Assembly: GCA_035285865.1 (NCBI GenBank)
Contig: JAYKHS010000015.1
Span: 14,453-78,452, forward strand
Reading direction: 5' to 3'
Length of the DNA: 64,000 nucleotides
Origin: Candidatus Sericytochromatia bacterium
GTDB lineage: Bacteria > Cyanobacteriota > Sericytochromatia > S15B-MN24 > VGJW01
The translations under genes were made by a program, and so were the position numbers. The notes below the pieces were generated by a model. The model saw nothing but the letters and a program-made list of their open reading frames with translations. It did no database searches and was not told where the DNA came from. Shown in pieces: positions 45,701 to 54,686 of this stretch (the stretch's first letter is position 1; each line of letters begins with the position of its first letter).

Positions 45701-46990
45701 ATGCGTCGTTCTGCGCTCTTTCTTGCTCCCGTCGCGCTCGTGGCCTGCGGATCGCCGCTCGTGGCCGGCCAGCAGCCCGCTGCCGTCCGCGAGGCGATGA
45801 CGGTGGCTCCGGCCTCCGCCCGTCAGGTCACCTTCCGCAGCACCCACGAAGCGCATGACCGTGATCTCGCAGGTGATGCCGCAGGCATCGAGGCTCTGGC
45901 CCAGCGCCTCGCCGGCGAGGGTCGACTCGAGGCCGGCGTGCGCGTGTTCCCCGTGACGGCCTCCCGTCCGGCACGCCCCTATGCCGGGCCCCGCGTGGCG
46001 GCCGGCATTCCGGTCGTGGGGCGCCTGACGGCGGATGATCTGTCCGGCAAGCGTGCCCCGCTGGCGTATGCCACCGTCGAGGCCCTCGGCTCCGGCAACA
46101 AGGTGGTCGCCGCCACCACGACCGATGCCGAAGGGGCCTTCAGTCTCGACATCGACCCGAAGTTCCAGCGCATCGGCCTGACGCTGTCCTATCGGCTGGC
46201 CAACCAGTACTGGGATGTCGAGAAGTACCGCTGGGAGGGCGCCCCCTTCACGGCGGGTTCCGGTGTCGACCTCGGCGAGATCGGTCTGGTCCGTGGTTCG
46301 GCCAATGCCGAGGCTGCCTGGATCCACGAGATCGGAGTTCGCTACCTGAAGACCTTCCAGCGCGAGGGCGTGTCGCTGGCTTTCTGGAAGGCCCGGATCG
46401 GCATCACCTGGCCCGGAAGCGCCGACTACTACAGCTTCGGTCAGGTCAACATGACCAAGGCTCACCAGTGGGATGTCAACGGTCACGAGCTGGGTCACGC
46501 CATCAGCGACCAGGGCCTGAACATGCGCTTCGGTGGCGGTCAGCACTACATCGACCGCTGCTACGACGAGACCATCGCCTTCTCCGAGGGCGTGGCCAGC
46601 TACCTGGGTCTTGCCGTCAGCGTGGCTGCGGATGCTCCCAACGCCAGCTTCGAGTTCATGGTGCCCCGTCGGGCGCCCCTTCGGTACGAGAACGTGCCGG
46701 ACGAGAAGGATCCCGAGCATCCCGATGCTCCGGCGGTCTGTCGGGGGCCCGGCAACGAGTGGCGCGCCGGTGCGGCGCTCTGGGACCTGTATGACACCCA
46801 TGCCGACGGCACCGACCAGGTGGCCATTCCGTTCTCCACCATCTGGGGGGCGATGGCCAAGGGCAACGGCAAGCCGGCCATCCGCAGCGTTCTGGACGCC
46901 TACCGCCTCGTTTCCGAGAAGGTGGATGGTGGCGTCCGCAGCGGCATGACCGGCGCGGCAGCCCAGAATTTCATCATCTTCAAGCCCTGA
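45701..46990 (+). CDS. lipoprotein, putative zinc metallopeptidase
   Basis: lipobox LVAC; Ig-like TTTDAEGAF; HELGH followed by FSEG. Confidence 0.7.
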   Translation: MRRSALFLAPVALVACGSPLVAGQQPAAVREAMTVAPASARQVTFRSTHEAHDRDLAGDAAGIEALAQRLAGEGRLEAGVRVFPVTASRPARPYAGPRVAAGIPVVGRLTADDLSGKRAPLAYATVEALGSGNKVVAATTTDAEGAFSLDIDPKFQRIGLTLSYRLANQYWDVEKYRWEGAPFTAGSGVDLGEIGLVRGSANAEAAWIHEIGVRYLKTFQREGVSLAFWKARIGITWPGSADYYSFGQVNMTKAHQWDVNGHELGHAISDQGLNMRFGGGQHYIDRCYDETIAFSEGVASYLGLAVSVAADAPNASFEFMVPRRAPLRYENVPDEKDPEHPDAPAVCRGPGNEWRAGAALWDLYDTHADGTDQVAIPFSTIWGAMAKGNGKPAIRSVLDAYRLVSEKVDGGVRSGMTGAAAQNFIIFKP

Positions 46991-46998
46991 TTGGTCTC

Positions 46999-48348
46999 GT
47001 GGAGGGCGCATCCGTGACGCGCTGGATCATCGACGACGCGGAACAGCGCCGGGCCATCCTGAGCCTGCTCGGGCTCGAGGACCGGGATCCGGAGCTTGGC
47101 TTGATGGTGACGCTGGGTTCGGAAACCGAAGCTGGCGTGGCCATCAAGGACCCGCTCACGGGCCTGATGACCCATTCCGTTTTTCTTGATGCCCTGCAGC
47201 GTCAGGAAGCGACCAGCCGGCGTTATGCCGAGTCCTACAGCCTGCTGCGCGTCGATATCGACGGATTTGCCGCGGTGAATGCCGCCCAGGGCTATGGTAA
47301 GGGCGATGCGTGGCTGGCCGAGGTGGCCAGCGTGATCCACGAGTGCATCCGCGTCAGCGATCTGGGCGCACGGCTGGCTGGGGACGATCTGGCTGTCCTC
47401 CTTCCCCAGACCGATCAGGACGGTGCGTGGATTCTGGCCGAGCGCATCCGCGAGGCTGTCGCGGTGCGCAAGGAGGCGTCGCTGGCTGACAACCAAGCGA
47501 GTGGTGCCGTAAGCATCGGCCTTGCCGAAGCGCGCCCGGGCGAGGCCCATGGGGCGTTGATCCAGCGGGTCGAGTGGGCTCTGGCATCAGCCAAGGAGGC
47601 TGGGGGCAACAGGGTCGTGCGTGCCGGCGAAGAGACGCCCCCGGACGCCTCTGCGGTCAGCCGAGGCCTCCAGTTCCGTCGTGAAGCCCTGGTGGATGCC
47701 ATTGAGGCCCTTGCCGGTGTCGTCGAGGCCAAGGATGGCTATACGTCGAGCCATAGCGTCGCCGTAGCCGAGTACGCCACGCGGCTTGCCACCCGTGTCG
47801 GGTATGCCGGCGATCGGCTGGAGACCTTCCGCCTGGCCGCCCGACTGCACGACCTGGGCAAGATCGGCGTTCCCGACGCCATCCTGAAGAAGGCCGGTCC
47901 GTTGTCGGATGAGGAGTGGGAGTTGATGCAGCAGCACCCCTCGATGGGCCGTCGCATTCTGGGCAACACCCGCCACTTCAGCAGCGTCCTGCCGGCCATG
48001 GTCTACCATCACGAACGGTGGGACGGCCGGGGCTATCCCGAGGGTCTTGCCGGCGAGGCCATCCCGCTGGATGCACGCATCGTCTGCATTGCCGACGCCT
48101 ACGGAGCCATGGTGGATGACCGGCCCTATCGCAAGGGTCTCGGGCATCAGACGGCCTGCTCGATCCTGCAGAAGGGAGCCGGACTCCAGTTCGACCCGCA
48201 TCTCGTCGAGGTCTTCGTGGCCATGATTGCCGAGGAAGAGCTGGGCAGCCTGCGCATCGAGAACGCCGATGCGCCGGTTTCCACCGGCCCTACCCGTGCC
48301 GACCTTGCCAACGAGGAAGCGCTCAGGACCGGGGCCGCCAAGGACTGA
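46999..48348 (+). CDS. degenerate GGDEF + HD-GYP protein
   Basis: DPLTGL..DIDGF.AVN..AGDDL; HDLGKIG..HHERWDGRGYPEGL. Confidence 0.9.
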   Translation: MEGASVTRWIIDDAEQRRAILSLLGLEDRDPELGLMVTLGSETEAGVAIKDPLTGLMTHSVFLDALQRQEATSRRYAESYSLLRVDIDGFAAVNAAQGYGKGDAWLAEVASVIHECIRVSDLGARLAGDDLAVLLPQTDQDGAWILAERIREAVAVRKEASLADNQASGAVSIGLAEARPGEAHGALIQRVEWALASAKEAGGNRVVRAGEETPPDASAVSRGLQFRREALVDAIEALAGVVEAKDGYTSSHSVAVAEYATRLATRVGYAGDRLETFRLAARLHDLGKIGVPDAILKKAGPLSDEEWELMQQHPSMGRRILGNTRHFSSVLPAMVYHHERWDGRGYPEGLAGEAIPLDARIVCIADAYGAMVDDRPYRKGLGHQTACSILQKGAGLQFDPHLVEVFVAMIAEEELGSLRIENADAPVSTGPTRADLANEEALRTGAAKD

Positions 48349-48391
48349 CGGGTACCGCGGCGTTGCGTCCGGCAGTCGTCCAGTGACTCAG

Positions 48392-49489
48392 CTAATGCTC
48401 GGCCCAGCGCGTGAGCAGGTCGACCGCACGCCTCGCCCCGGCGGCTGCATCAGGACCTTCCACGGGCAGGGTCAGTATGCGCCGCGCTAGCCAGTGGCTG
48501 TCCGGGAAGGACGCAGCCGCGACCTCATTCGGCACCTCCCAGTGCACGGTGGTTTCGATGCCCTCTCGCAACAGCAGCTGCTTCAGAGCTTCGCGAGACT
48601 CGGACCAGATGGGGAATCCGTAGGGCACCACTGTAGGCGGCAGATCCGGCATGACCTGTTGCAGGCCAGGAAGACCCTTGAGGCCGCGCTGATAGACAAG
48701 GTAAGCCTCGCGCCGACTGGCCCGCCATGTGATGGGGTCGAAGTCCTGCAGGCGTGCAAGGGGCTCCCCGGCGAGCGCCACGGGGCGGACCGGAGAGACA
48801 TCCATGCCCATCTCGTCTTCGGCAATGCGGGCCATGGCTGCCTGCCAGGCCGCGCGGTCGCCGGCCACCGCCGCACGCTCCTTGGCCTGACGCAACTGCG
48901 TCAGCCTGTCCCATCGACGGAGGACATCCGCACCCGGCTGGGGCAGCGGCGGGATGTCGACACGATCCAGCAGGAACCCGCCGGCCGGCATCGGCCCGAA
49001 CTTGCGGAAGCTGCCGATGGCCCAGCGGCCCCGCGTCCAGTTCTGCGGATCCAGCAGGCCTTGCACGGCGTCTTCGAGCACCGGCAGGCCAAGTCCGTAG
49101 ATCCAGTCCGGGGCGGGAAACCCGAAATAATGGACGACGTGGATGGAGCCTGCACCACGCTTCAGGGTCATCAGGGCTTCGCGGTCCGGGACGAGGTTCC
49201 GATCGACCGGGTAGAAGCGGACCCCGCGTGAGGCCTGCAAGTAAGGCTGAACCATCGAGCGGCAGCCGTAGGCGGGCACCAGGACCGCACCGGGCGGTGC
49301 CAGGTGTCTTTCCCACCAGGCAGCGGCCTCGCGGCCGGAGCCTGCAAGCACGACCTGATCGCGGTGGAGCCCCAGCAGGCGCAGCATCCGCTCCTGGGCC
49401 GCGGGCGACAAGGGGGGCGCTGTTCCCCCTATGCCGGGGGGGCCTCCGTGGAGGCGCTGACTGGGCGACGAGGCATCGGCGGCGGGCAC
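48392..49489 (-). CDS. DegT/DnrJ-like PLP-dependent protein (start uncertain)
   Basis: SGREA, VLVPAY.C.SM, VVHYFGF, EDAVQ, SFRKF..P.GG, ILTLP. Confidence 0.7.
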   Translation of the reverse strand: MPAADASSPSQRLHGGPPGIGGTAPPLSPAAQERMLRLLGLHRDQVVLAGSGREAAAWWERHLAPPGAVLVPAYGCRSMVQPYLQASRGVRFYPVDRNLVPDREALMTLKRGAGSIHVVHYFGFPAPDWIYGLGLPVLEDAVQGLLDPQNWTRGRWAIGSFRKFGPMPAGGFLLDRVDIPPLPQPGADVLRRWDRLTQLRQAKERAAVAGDRAAWQAAMARIAEDEMGMDVSPVRPVALAGEPLARLQDFDPITWRASRREAYLVYQRGLKGLPGLQQVMPDLPPTVVPYGFPIWSESREALKQLLLREGIETTVHWEVPNEVAAASFPDSHWLARRILTLPVEGPDAAAGARRAVDLLTRWAEH

Positions 49490-49573
49490 GGCCCCATCTT
49501 GCGCAAGGGTTGCTCGATCGTCAATCCGATGCCCGGTCTCCGAGGGTTGAACTTCTCGGGGACGGGTACAGCC

Positions 49574-50740
49574 ATGCCCATGCACGTCGTCGTCCCGATC
49601 GAAGTCCTTGCCGATGAAGCCCGCGTCGCGGCCACCCCGGATACCGTCCGGACCTGGATGGGACAGGGCCACTCCGTTGCCGTGGAGGCCGGTGCCGGCT
49701 TGCGGGCGGGCCTGACGGACGAGGCGTACGCGCAGGCCGGTGCCACGATTGTCGCCGACATCTTGCCGGAATTGGGGCGGGCCGACCTGGTGCTCAAGGT
49801 CCGGCGGCCCATCGCCGCATCCGAAGGTGCCCGCGACGAGATCGGAGCCCTGCGCGAGGGCAGCACGCTCGTCGCCGTGATGGAACCCTGGACCCGAGCC
49901 GAGACGCTTGATGCGCTCGCCCGACGCGGTGTTGTCAGCTACGGACTCGAGTTGGTACCTCGCATCACGCGGGCACAGGCGATGGATGTCCTGTCCAGCC
50001 AGGCCAATCTCGCGGGCTACAAGGCCGTTCTCGATGCCGCGGCGCACTTCGGGCGCGCCTTCCCGATGATGATGACGGCCGCCGGCACGATTGCGCCGGC
50101 GCGGGTCTTCGTGATGGGTGCCGGTGTGGCCGGCCTTCAGGCCATCGCCACGGCGCGGCGCCTCGGAGCGGTGGTATCTGCAACCGACGTCCGTGCCGCA
50201 GCCAAGGAGCAGGTCGAGTCGCTCGGGGCGACCTTCGTGATGGTCGATTCGGATGAGACCGCTCAGGCAGAGACGGCCGGCGGATATGCTCGCGAGATGT
50301 CCGAGGACTATCGTCGGCGGCAAGCCGAGTTGGTGGCCCAGACGCTCCGCAAGACCGACATCGTCATCACGACGGCCCTGATTCCCGGCAAGAAGGCACC
50401 TGTCCTGCTGACGGACGAGATGGTCGATCTGCTGCGGCCCGGCTCGGTCGTGGTCGACCTCGCTGCCGATGCGGGGGGCAACTGCACCGCGACCGTTCCC
50501 GGCGAGGTCGTCTCGCGTGGCGGGGTTGTCCTTGTCGGCCATCGCAACGTGCCTTCCCGACTGCCCATCGATGCCAGTGCCCTCTTTGCCCGTAACATCC
50601 GCCACTTCCTCGATCTGCTGGTCGACAAGGAGTCCGGCGGCCTGCGGAATGATTCGACCGACGAAATCCTGGTCGCCAGCCGCCTGACGGCCGAAGGCCG
50701 TATCGTCCAGGACCGCTTTGCCCCCACCACCGTCGCCTGA
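49574..50740 (+). CDS. pntA: NAD(P) transhydrogenase subunit alpha, domain I
   Basis: EARVAATP, PRITRAQAMDVLSSQ, GAGVAGLQAIATA, ETAGGYA, DLAADAGGNC. Confidence 0.95.
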   Translation: MPMHVVVPIEVLADEARVAATPDTVRTWMGQGHSVAVEAGAGLRAGLTDEAYAQAGATIVADILPELGRADLVLKVRRPIAASEGARDEIGALREGSTLVAVMEPWTRAETLDALARRGVVSYGLELVPRITRAQAMDVLSSQANLAGYKAVLDAAAHFGRAFPMMMTAAGTIAPARVFVMGAGVAGLQAIATARRLGAVVSATDVRAAAKEQVESLGATFVMVDSDETAQAETAGGYAREMSEDYRRRQAELVAQTLRKTDIVITTALIPGKKAPVLLTDEMVDLLRPGSVVVDLAADAGGNCTATVPGEVVSRGGVVLVGHRNVPSRLPIDASALFARNIRHFLDLLVDKESGGLRNDSTDEILVASRLTAEGRIVQDRFAPTTVA

Positions 50741-50755
50741 CCCGCCTGGTACCTC

Positions 50756-51058
50756 ATGACGCTACTGGCAGCTGCTCATCCCTCCGTCGTCCACGAGCTG
50801 ACGGTCTTCATGCTGGCGTGCTTCGTCGGCTACTACGTGGTCTGGCGCGTGACGCCGGCCTTGCATTCACCCCTGATGGCCGTGACCAACGCCATCTCGT
50901 CCGTGATTGTCGTCGGTGCCTTGCTCGCGGCGCTCAAGGGCGATCCCGGCATCGCCCCCTGGCTCGGGGGAGTCGCCATCGGTCTTGCCTCGGTGAACAT
51001 CTTCGGCGGGTTCGCCGTGACCGCCCGCATGCTCGACAAGTTCCGCAAGAAGTCCTGA
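50756..51058 (+). CDS. NAD(P) transhydrogenase subunit alpha, membrane part
   Basis: [30 protein letters not shown]. Confidence 0.95.
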   Translation: MTLLAAAHPSVVHELTVFMLACFVGYYVVWRVTPALHSPLMAVTNAISSVIVVGALLAALKGDPGIAPWLGGVAIGLASVNIFGGFAVTARMLDKFRKKS

Positions 51059-51086
51059 TCCCGTTCCCGACCGGTAGACCTACAAG

Positions 51087-52523
51087 ATGCTCTCGACCAT
51101 CCAGGACCTCGCGTTCCTTGCTGCGGCCGTCCTCTTCATCCTGTCCCTGCGCGGTCTTTCCAGCCCGGAGTCCGCGCGCTCGGGCAACGCCCAGGGCATG
51201 GCCGGCATGGCCCTGGCGGTCTTCGCCACGCTGCTGCCTGCGATCGTGGGGGACAAGGACGGCGGGGACCTGATGGCCCGCCTTGCACCGATCCTGGGTG
51301 GGGTCGTGATTGGCGGCGGGGCCGGTCTCGTAATCGCGAAGCGCATCAAGATGACGGATCTCCCCCAGCTCGTCGCGGCGTTCCACTCGCTGGTGGGGCT
51401 GGCAGCCGTGCTCGTCGCCGTGGCCGCACGTCTGTCGCCTGCCGCGCTGGGCTTGCCACAGGATGCCGAAGGCCACATCGCGATGTCCTCGCTCATCGAG
51501 ATGGGCCTCGGTGCCGTCATCGGGGCGATTACCTTCACGGGGTCCATCGTGGCCTTTGCCAAGTTGCAGGGCCTGGTCTCGGGTGCGCCGCTGGTCTTCC
51601 CGGGCCAGCACGCCCTGAACGCTCTGCTGGGCCTCTCGACACTGGGCCTCGTGGCGCACTTCGCGGCAACCGGGGGTACGGAACTCTCCTTCTTCGGGGC
51701 CATCGGCCTGTCGCTGCTGCTGGGCTTCCTGCTCATCCTGCCCATCGGTGGAGCGGACATGCCCGTGGTCGTGTCGATGCTCAACTCCTACTCGGGCTGG
51801 GCGGCGTGCGGCATCGGCTTCACGCTGCACAACAGCCTGCTGATCGTGACCGGGGCGCTCGTGGGGGCGTCCGGTGCCATCCTGAGCTACGTCATGTGCA
51901 AGGGGATGAACCGGTCGATCGTCAGCGTCATCCTGGGCGGATTCGGTGGCGAGGCAGCGGCGGCCGGTGGCGGAGCCGCGCGTGAGCAGCGCCCCGTCAA
52001 GCAGGGCAGCGCGGAGGACGCCGCCTTCATTCTCAAGAACGCCAGCTCCGTGGTCATTGTCCCCGGTTACGGCATGGCCGTGGCGCAGGCCCAGCATGCC
52101 GTTCGCGAGATGGCCGACGTCCTCAAGAAGGAGGGCATCAATGTCCGGTATGCCATCCACCCTGTTGCCGGGCGCATGCCGGGACACATGAACGTCCTGC
52201 TGGCCGAGGCCAACGTCCCGTACGACGAGGTGCTCGAACTCGAGGACATCAACCGCGACTTCTCGCAGACGGACGTGGCCTTCGTCATCGGGGCCAACGA
52301 CGTCACGAACCCGGCGGCCAAAACCGATCCCGCGTCACCGATCTTCGGGATGCCGATCTTGGATGTCGAGAATGCCCGGACGGTCCTGTTCGTGAAGCGC
52401 TCGATGGCGGCGGGCTATGCCGGCGTGGACAACGAGCTTTTCTACCGGGACAACACGATGATGCTCTTCGGCGACGCCAAGAAGGTCGTCGAGGGCATCC
52501 TGAAGTCCGGCTCGGCGCACTAA
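51087..52523 (+). CDS. pntB: NAD(P) transhydrogenase subunit beta
   Basis: PIGGADMPVVVSMLNSYSG, GYGMAVAQAQH, HPVAGRMPGHMNVLLAEA. Confidence 0.97.
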   Translation: MLSTIQDLAFLAAAVLFILSLRGLSSPESARSGNAQGMAGMALAVFATLLPAIVGDKDGGDLMARLAPILGGVVIGGGAGLVIAKRIKMTDLPQLVAAFHSLVGLAAVLVAVAARLSPAALGLPQDAEGHIAMSSLIEMGLGAVIGAITFTGSIVAFAKLQGLVSGAPLVFPGQHALNALLGLSTLGLVAHFAATGGTELSFFGAIGLSLLLGFLLILPIGGADMPVVVSMLNSYSGWAACGIGFTLHNSLLIVTGALVGASGAILSYVMCKGMNRSIVSVILGGFGGEAAAAGGGAAREQRPVKQGSAEDAAFILKNASSVVIVPGYGMAVAQAQHAVREMADVLKKEGINVRYAIHPVAGRMPGHMNVLLAEANVPYDEVLELEDINRDFSQTDVAFVIGANDVTNPAAKTDPASPIFGMPILDVENARTVLFVKRSMAAGYAGVDNELFYRDNTMMLFGDAKKVVEGILKSGSAH

Positions 52524-52527
52524 GGCC

Positions 52528-53724
52528 TTGTACACGGCCGGAACCCCGCGCTCCCCGATCGGGGACTGGTGTCTGGACCCGGCCCTGCTGCACCTCAACC
52601 ACGGTGCTTTCGGGGCACTGCCTCGCCTTGTCCGCGAGGTCCAGGATCAGTTTCGCGATCAGGTCGAGGCAGAGCCGATGGTCTGGTATGACCGCCATCA
52701 CCTGCCGGCCATGGATCGGGCAAGGATGGGGCTGGCCGGTGCGCTGGGCGTTGCGGACGGTGAGATCGTCCTCGTGCCGAACGCGACGACGGGAGTCAAT
52801 GCGGTGCTGGCGTCCTGTCCCGTCGAGGATGGCGAGGAGTGGCTTTGCACGGACCATGCGTACAATGCCACCCGCAATGCCCTGCATCGCTGGGCGGAGG
52901 CCCGAGGTGCCGTCGTTCGCGTGGTTCCCCTGCCCTTCCCGGTATCCGAGGCCGGGACCTGGGAGCAGCGCATCCTCGAGGCGATCACGCCGGCGACTCG
53001 CCTGTGCTTGCTGGACCACGTCTCCAGCGGGACGGGGGCCGTGCTCGACGTGGAGCGGCTTGTGCCCCTTCTGGAGGAGCGTGGGGTTCGCGTGCTGCTG
53101 GACTCGGCCCACGGCGCCGGGATGCTGGAGTGGTCCCTCGGGACGACCGGTGCCAGTTGGACCGTGGGTAACGGCCACAAGTGGCTCTTCGGGGCGAAGG
53201 GTAGTGGATTCGTCCACGTGCGCGGGGACCGGACGGCCACCTTCCAGCCTCTGGCGACAAGCCACGGCTGGAATGCCGCGGATGGCGGCCGAGGCCGCTT
53301 TCGCTGGATGGCAGACTGGCTCGGGACGTTGGACTACACGGCGATGTACGTCCTGCCCGAGGCGCTTGCCTTTGCCGATGGCCTGCATCCGGATGGTGCC
53401 TCGGGCCATCGCGCTGCCTTGCGTGCGATGGCACTGCGTTGGACGCGGATGTTGACCGAGGCGTCAGGTCGACGCCCAGCCCTGCCGGACGCGATGCTCG
53501 GCTCGATGGCTGTCCTGGCGCTGCCCGACGCCGATCAGCCTGCGCCGGAGCTGCCGCGCGATCCGCTGATCCAGGCGCTCAGGGACAGTCATGGCATCGT
53601 TGCGGGTGTCTTCAATTGGCCGGCGTGGCCGAAGCGCATCTTGAGAGTGTCGGCGCAGGCCTATCTGGCCGAGGAGGCCCCGGAGCGCCTGCTGGAGGCA
53701 CTCCGGGACGTCGGGGCCTGCTGA
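52528..53724 (+). CDS. aminotransferase class V PLP enzyme (isopenicillin-N-epimerase/cysteine desulfhydrase-like)
   Basis: LNHGAFGA, PNATTGVN, DHVSS, DSAH, GNGHKWL, LRVSAQAY. Confidence 0.85.
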   Translation: MYTAGTPRSPIGDWCLDPALLHLNHGAFGALPRLVREVQDQFRDQVEAEPMVWYDRHHLPAMDRARMGLAGALGVADGEIVLVPNATTGVNAVLASCPVEDGEEWLCTDHAYNATRNALHRWAEARGAVVRVVPLPFPVSEAGTWEQRILEAITPATRLCLLDHVSSGTGAVLDVERLVPLLEERGVRVLLDSAHGAGMLEWSLGTTGASWTVGNGHKWLFGAKGSGFVHVRGDRTATFQPLATSHGWNAADGGRGRFRWMADWLGTLDYTAMYVLPEALAFADGLHPDGASGHRAALRAMALRWTRMLTEASGRRPALPDAMLGSMAVLALPDADQPAPELPRDPLIQALRDSHGIVAGVFNWPAWPKRILRVSAQAYLAEEAPERLLEALRDVGAC

Positions 53725-53743
53725 AGCCCCGCTCGGCTCTCGC

Positions 53744-54607
53744 TCAGGGACAGCGCAGCAGGTCGGGGTCGTCGTTCTGCCCGTTGTTGTCCAGGTCATA
53801 GCGGCTGTTGATCCGCTCGGCTGCCGTCGCATACACGCTTGCCGAGGCGAGCGGTCCGGAACCCAGCACCTGTTCGGCCTCGCCGAGAACCTGCCGGACG
53901 CTCTTGCCACGGAACGCCACACCTGCACCATCCATCGTGTCGACATTGACGATGAGGTCCCCGAAGCCGGGTGGCAGGCCGCCCAGGTCCGAAACCCGGA
54001 CATTGAGCTTGAGGGCCGTGACCTCGCCGCCCAGCGCGCCGCCGCGGTTCAGGGTCGGATTCACCCACGACTGCGTGAGCGGCGTCGGCGTTCCCTGCGA
54101 AGGCAGGTAGACGGCGATGTCCGAGGGGTTGGTGAAGGTCAGTGTGCGGCCGCTACCCACCCGGAATCCGCCACTGGCAAAGAGCTGTGACGCGTAGCGC
54201 ACGATGAGGGATGGCGCCGGTCGCGAAGGGTTGTTCTGTCCCCATGCCACTTGTCGATAGGTTGCGAAGGGTCCGCAGTCCGGAGTGGCTGTCGGGGTAG
54301 GCGTCGGAGTAGGGGTTGGGGTCGGCGTCGGCGTCGGCGTCGGGGTCGGGGTAGGGGTAGGGGTCGGGGTAGGGGTAGGGGTAGGTGTGGGCGTCGGCGT
54401 CGGTCGGGGTGTCCGTGTAGGGCAAGGGCTCGGCGTGGGCCTCGGGGGGCGCTTCGGACAGGGAGTGGGCGGCTGCTCGGGGCCGGTGCGCATGCGACCG
54501 GATACCTCCTGCCGCAGGTCGTCGAGGCCTTGCCAATACTGGCCGCATCCGCCGGAGACCGTAGCCATCAGCAGGCCAGTCCCCACCCATCGCCTCGTGC
54601 GTCCCAT
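53744..54607 (-). CDS. Pro-Thr-linker lipoprotein
   Basis: GGAGG RBS; lipobox SGGC; long PT linker; C-terminal globular domain. Confidence 0.7.
   Translation of the reverse strand: MGRTRRWVGTGLLMATVSGGCGQYWQGLDDLRQEVSGRMRTGPEQPPTPCPKRPPRPTPSPCPTRTPRPTPTPTPTPTPTPTPTPTPTPTPTPTPTPTPTPTPTPTATPDCGPFATYRQVAWGQNNPSRPAPSLIVRYASQLFASGGFRVGSGRTLTFTNPSDIAVYLPSQGTPTPLTQSWVNPTLNRGGALGGEVTALKLNVRVSDLGGLPPGFGDLIVNVDTMDGAGVAFRGKSVRQVLGEAEQVLGSGPLASASVYATAAERINSRYDLDNNGQNDDPDLLRCP
54284..54410 (-). repeat. coding hexamer repeat (Pro-Thr)n
   Basis: about 18 imperfect CCN-ACN units. Confidence 0.9.
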
Positions 54608-54686
54608 CCCCGGTACCTCCGTCGTGGAGGCACCATGGCACGCGAAAAGCCGGGCGCCCTTGGCTATCCCGGCAGGCGGGTGTTGG

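Noticed and set aside
49490..50605. 5' extension of the 737-aa minus-strand ORF
   Set aside because: It is the antisense shadow of pntA; only the 3' part carries PLP-enzyme motifs.
52528..53724. Ergothioneine (EgtE) or beta-lactam biosynthesis cluster
   Set aside because: No egtB/egtD or NRPS neighbours; the FGE-domain proteins here are lipoproteins without a DinB-like domain.
54284..54410. Tandem repeat as CRISPR or non-coding VNTR
   Set aside because: It is a 6-nt coding repeat for Pro-Thr, with no spacers and no cas genes.
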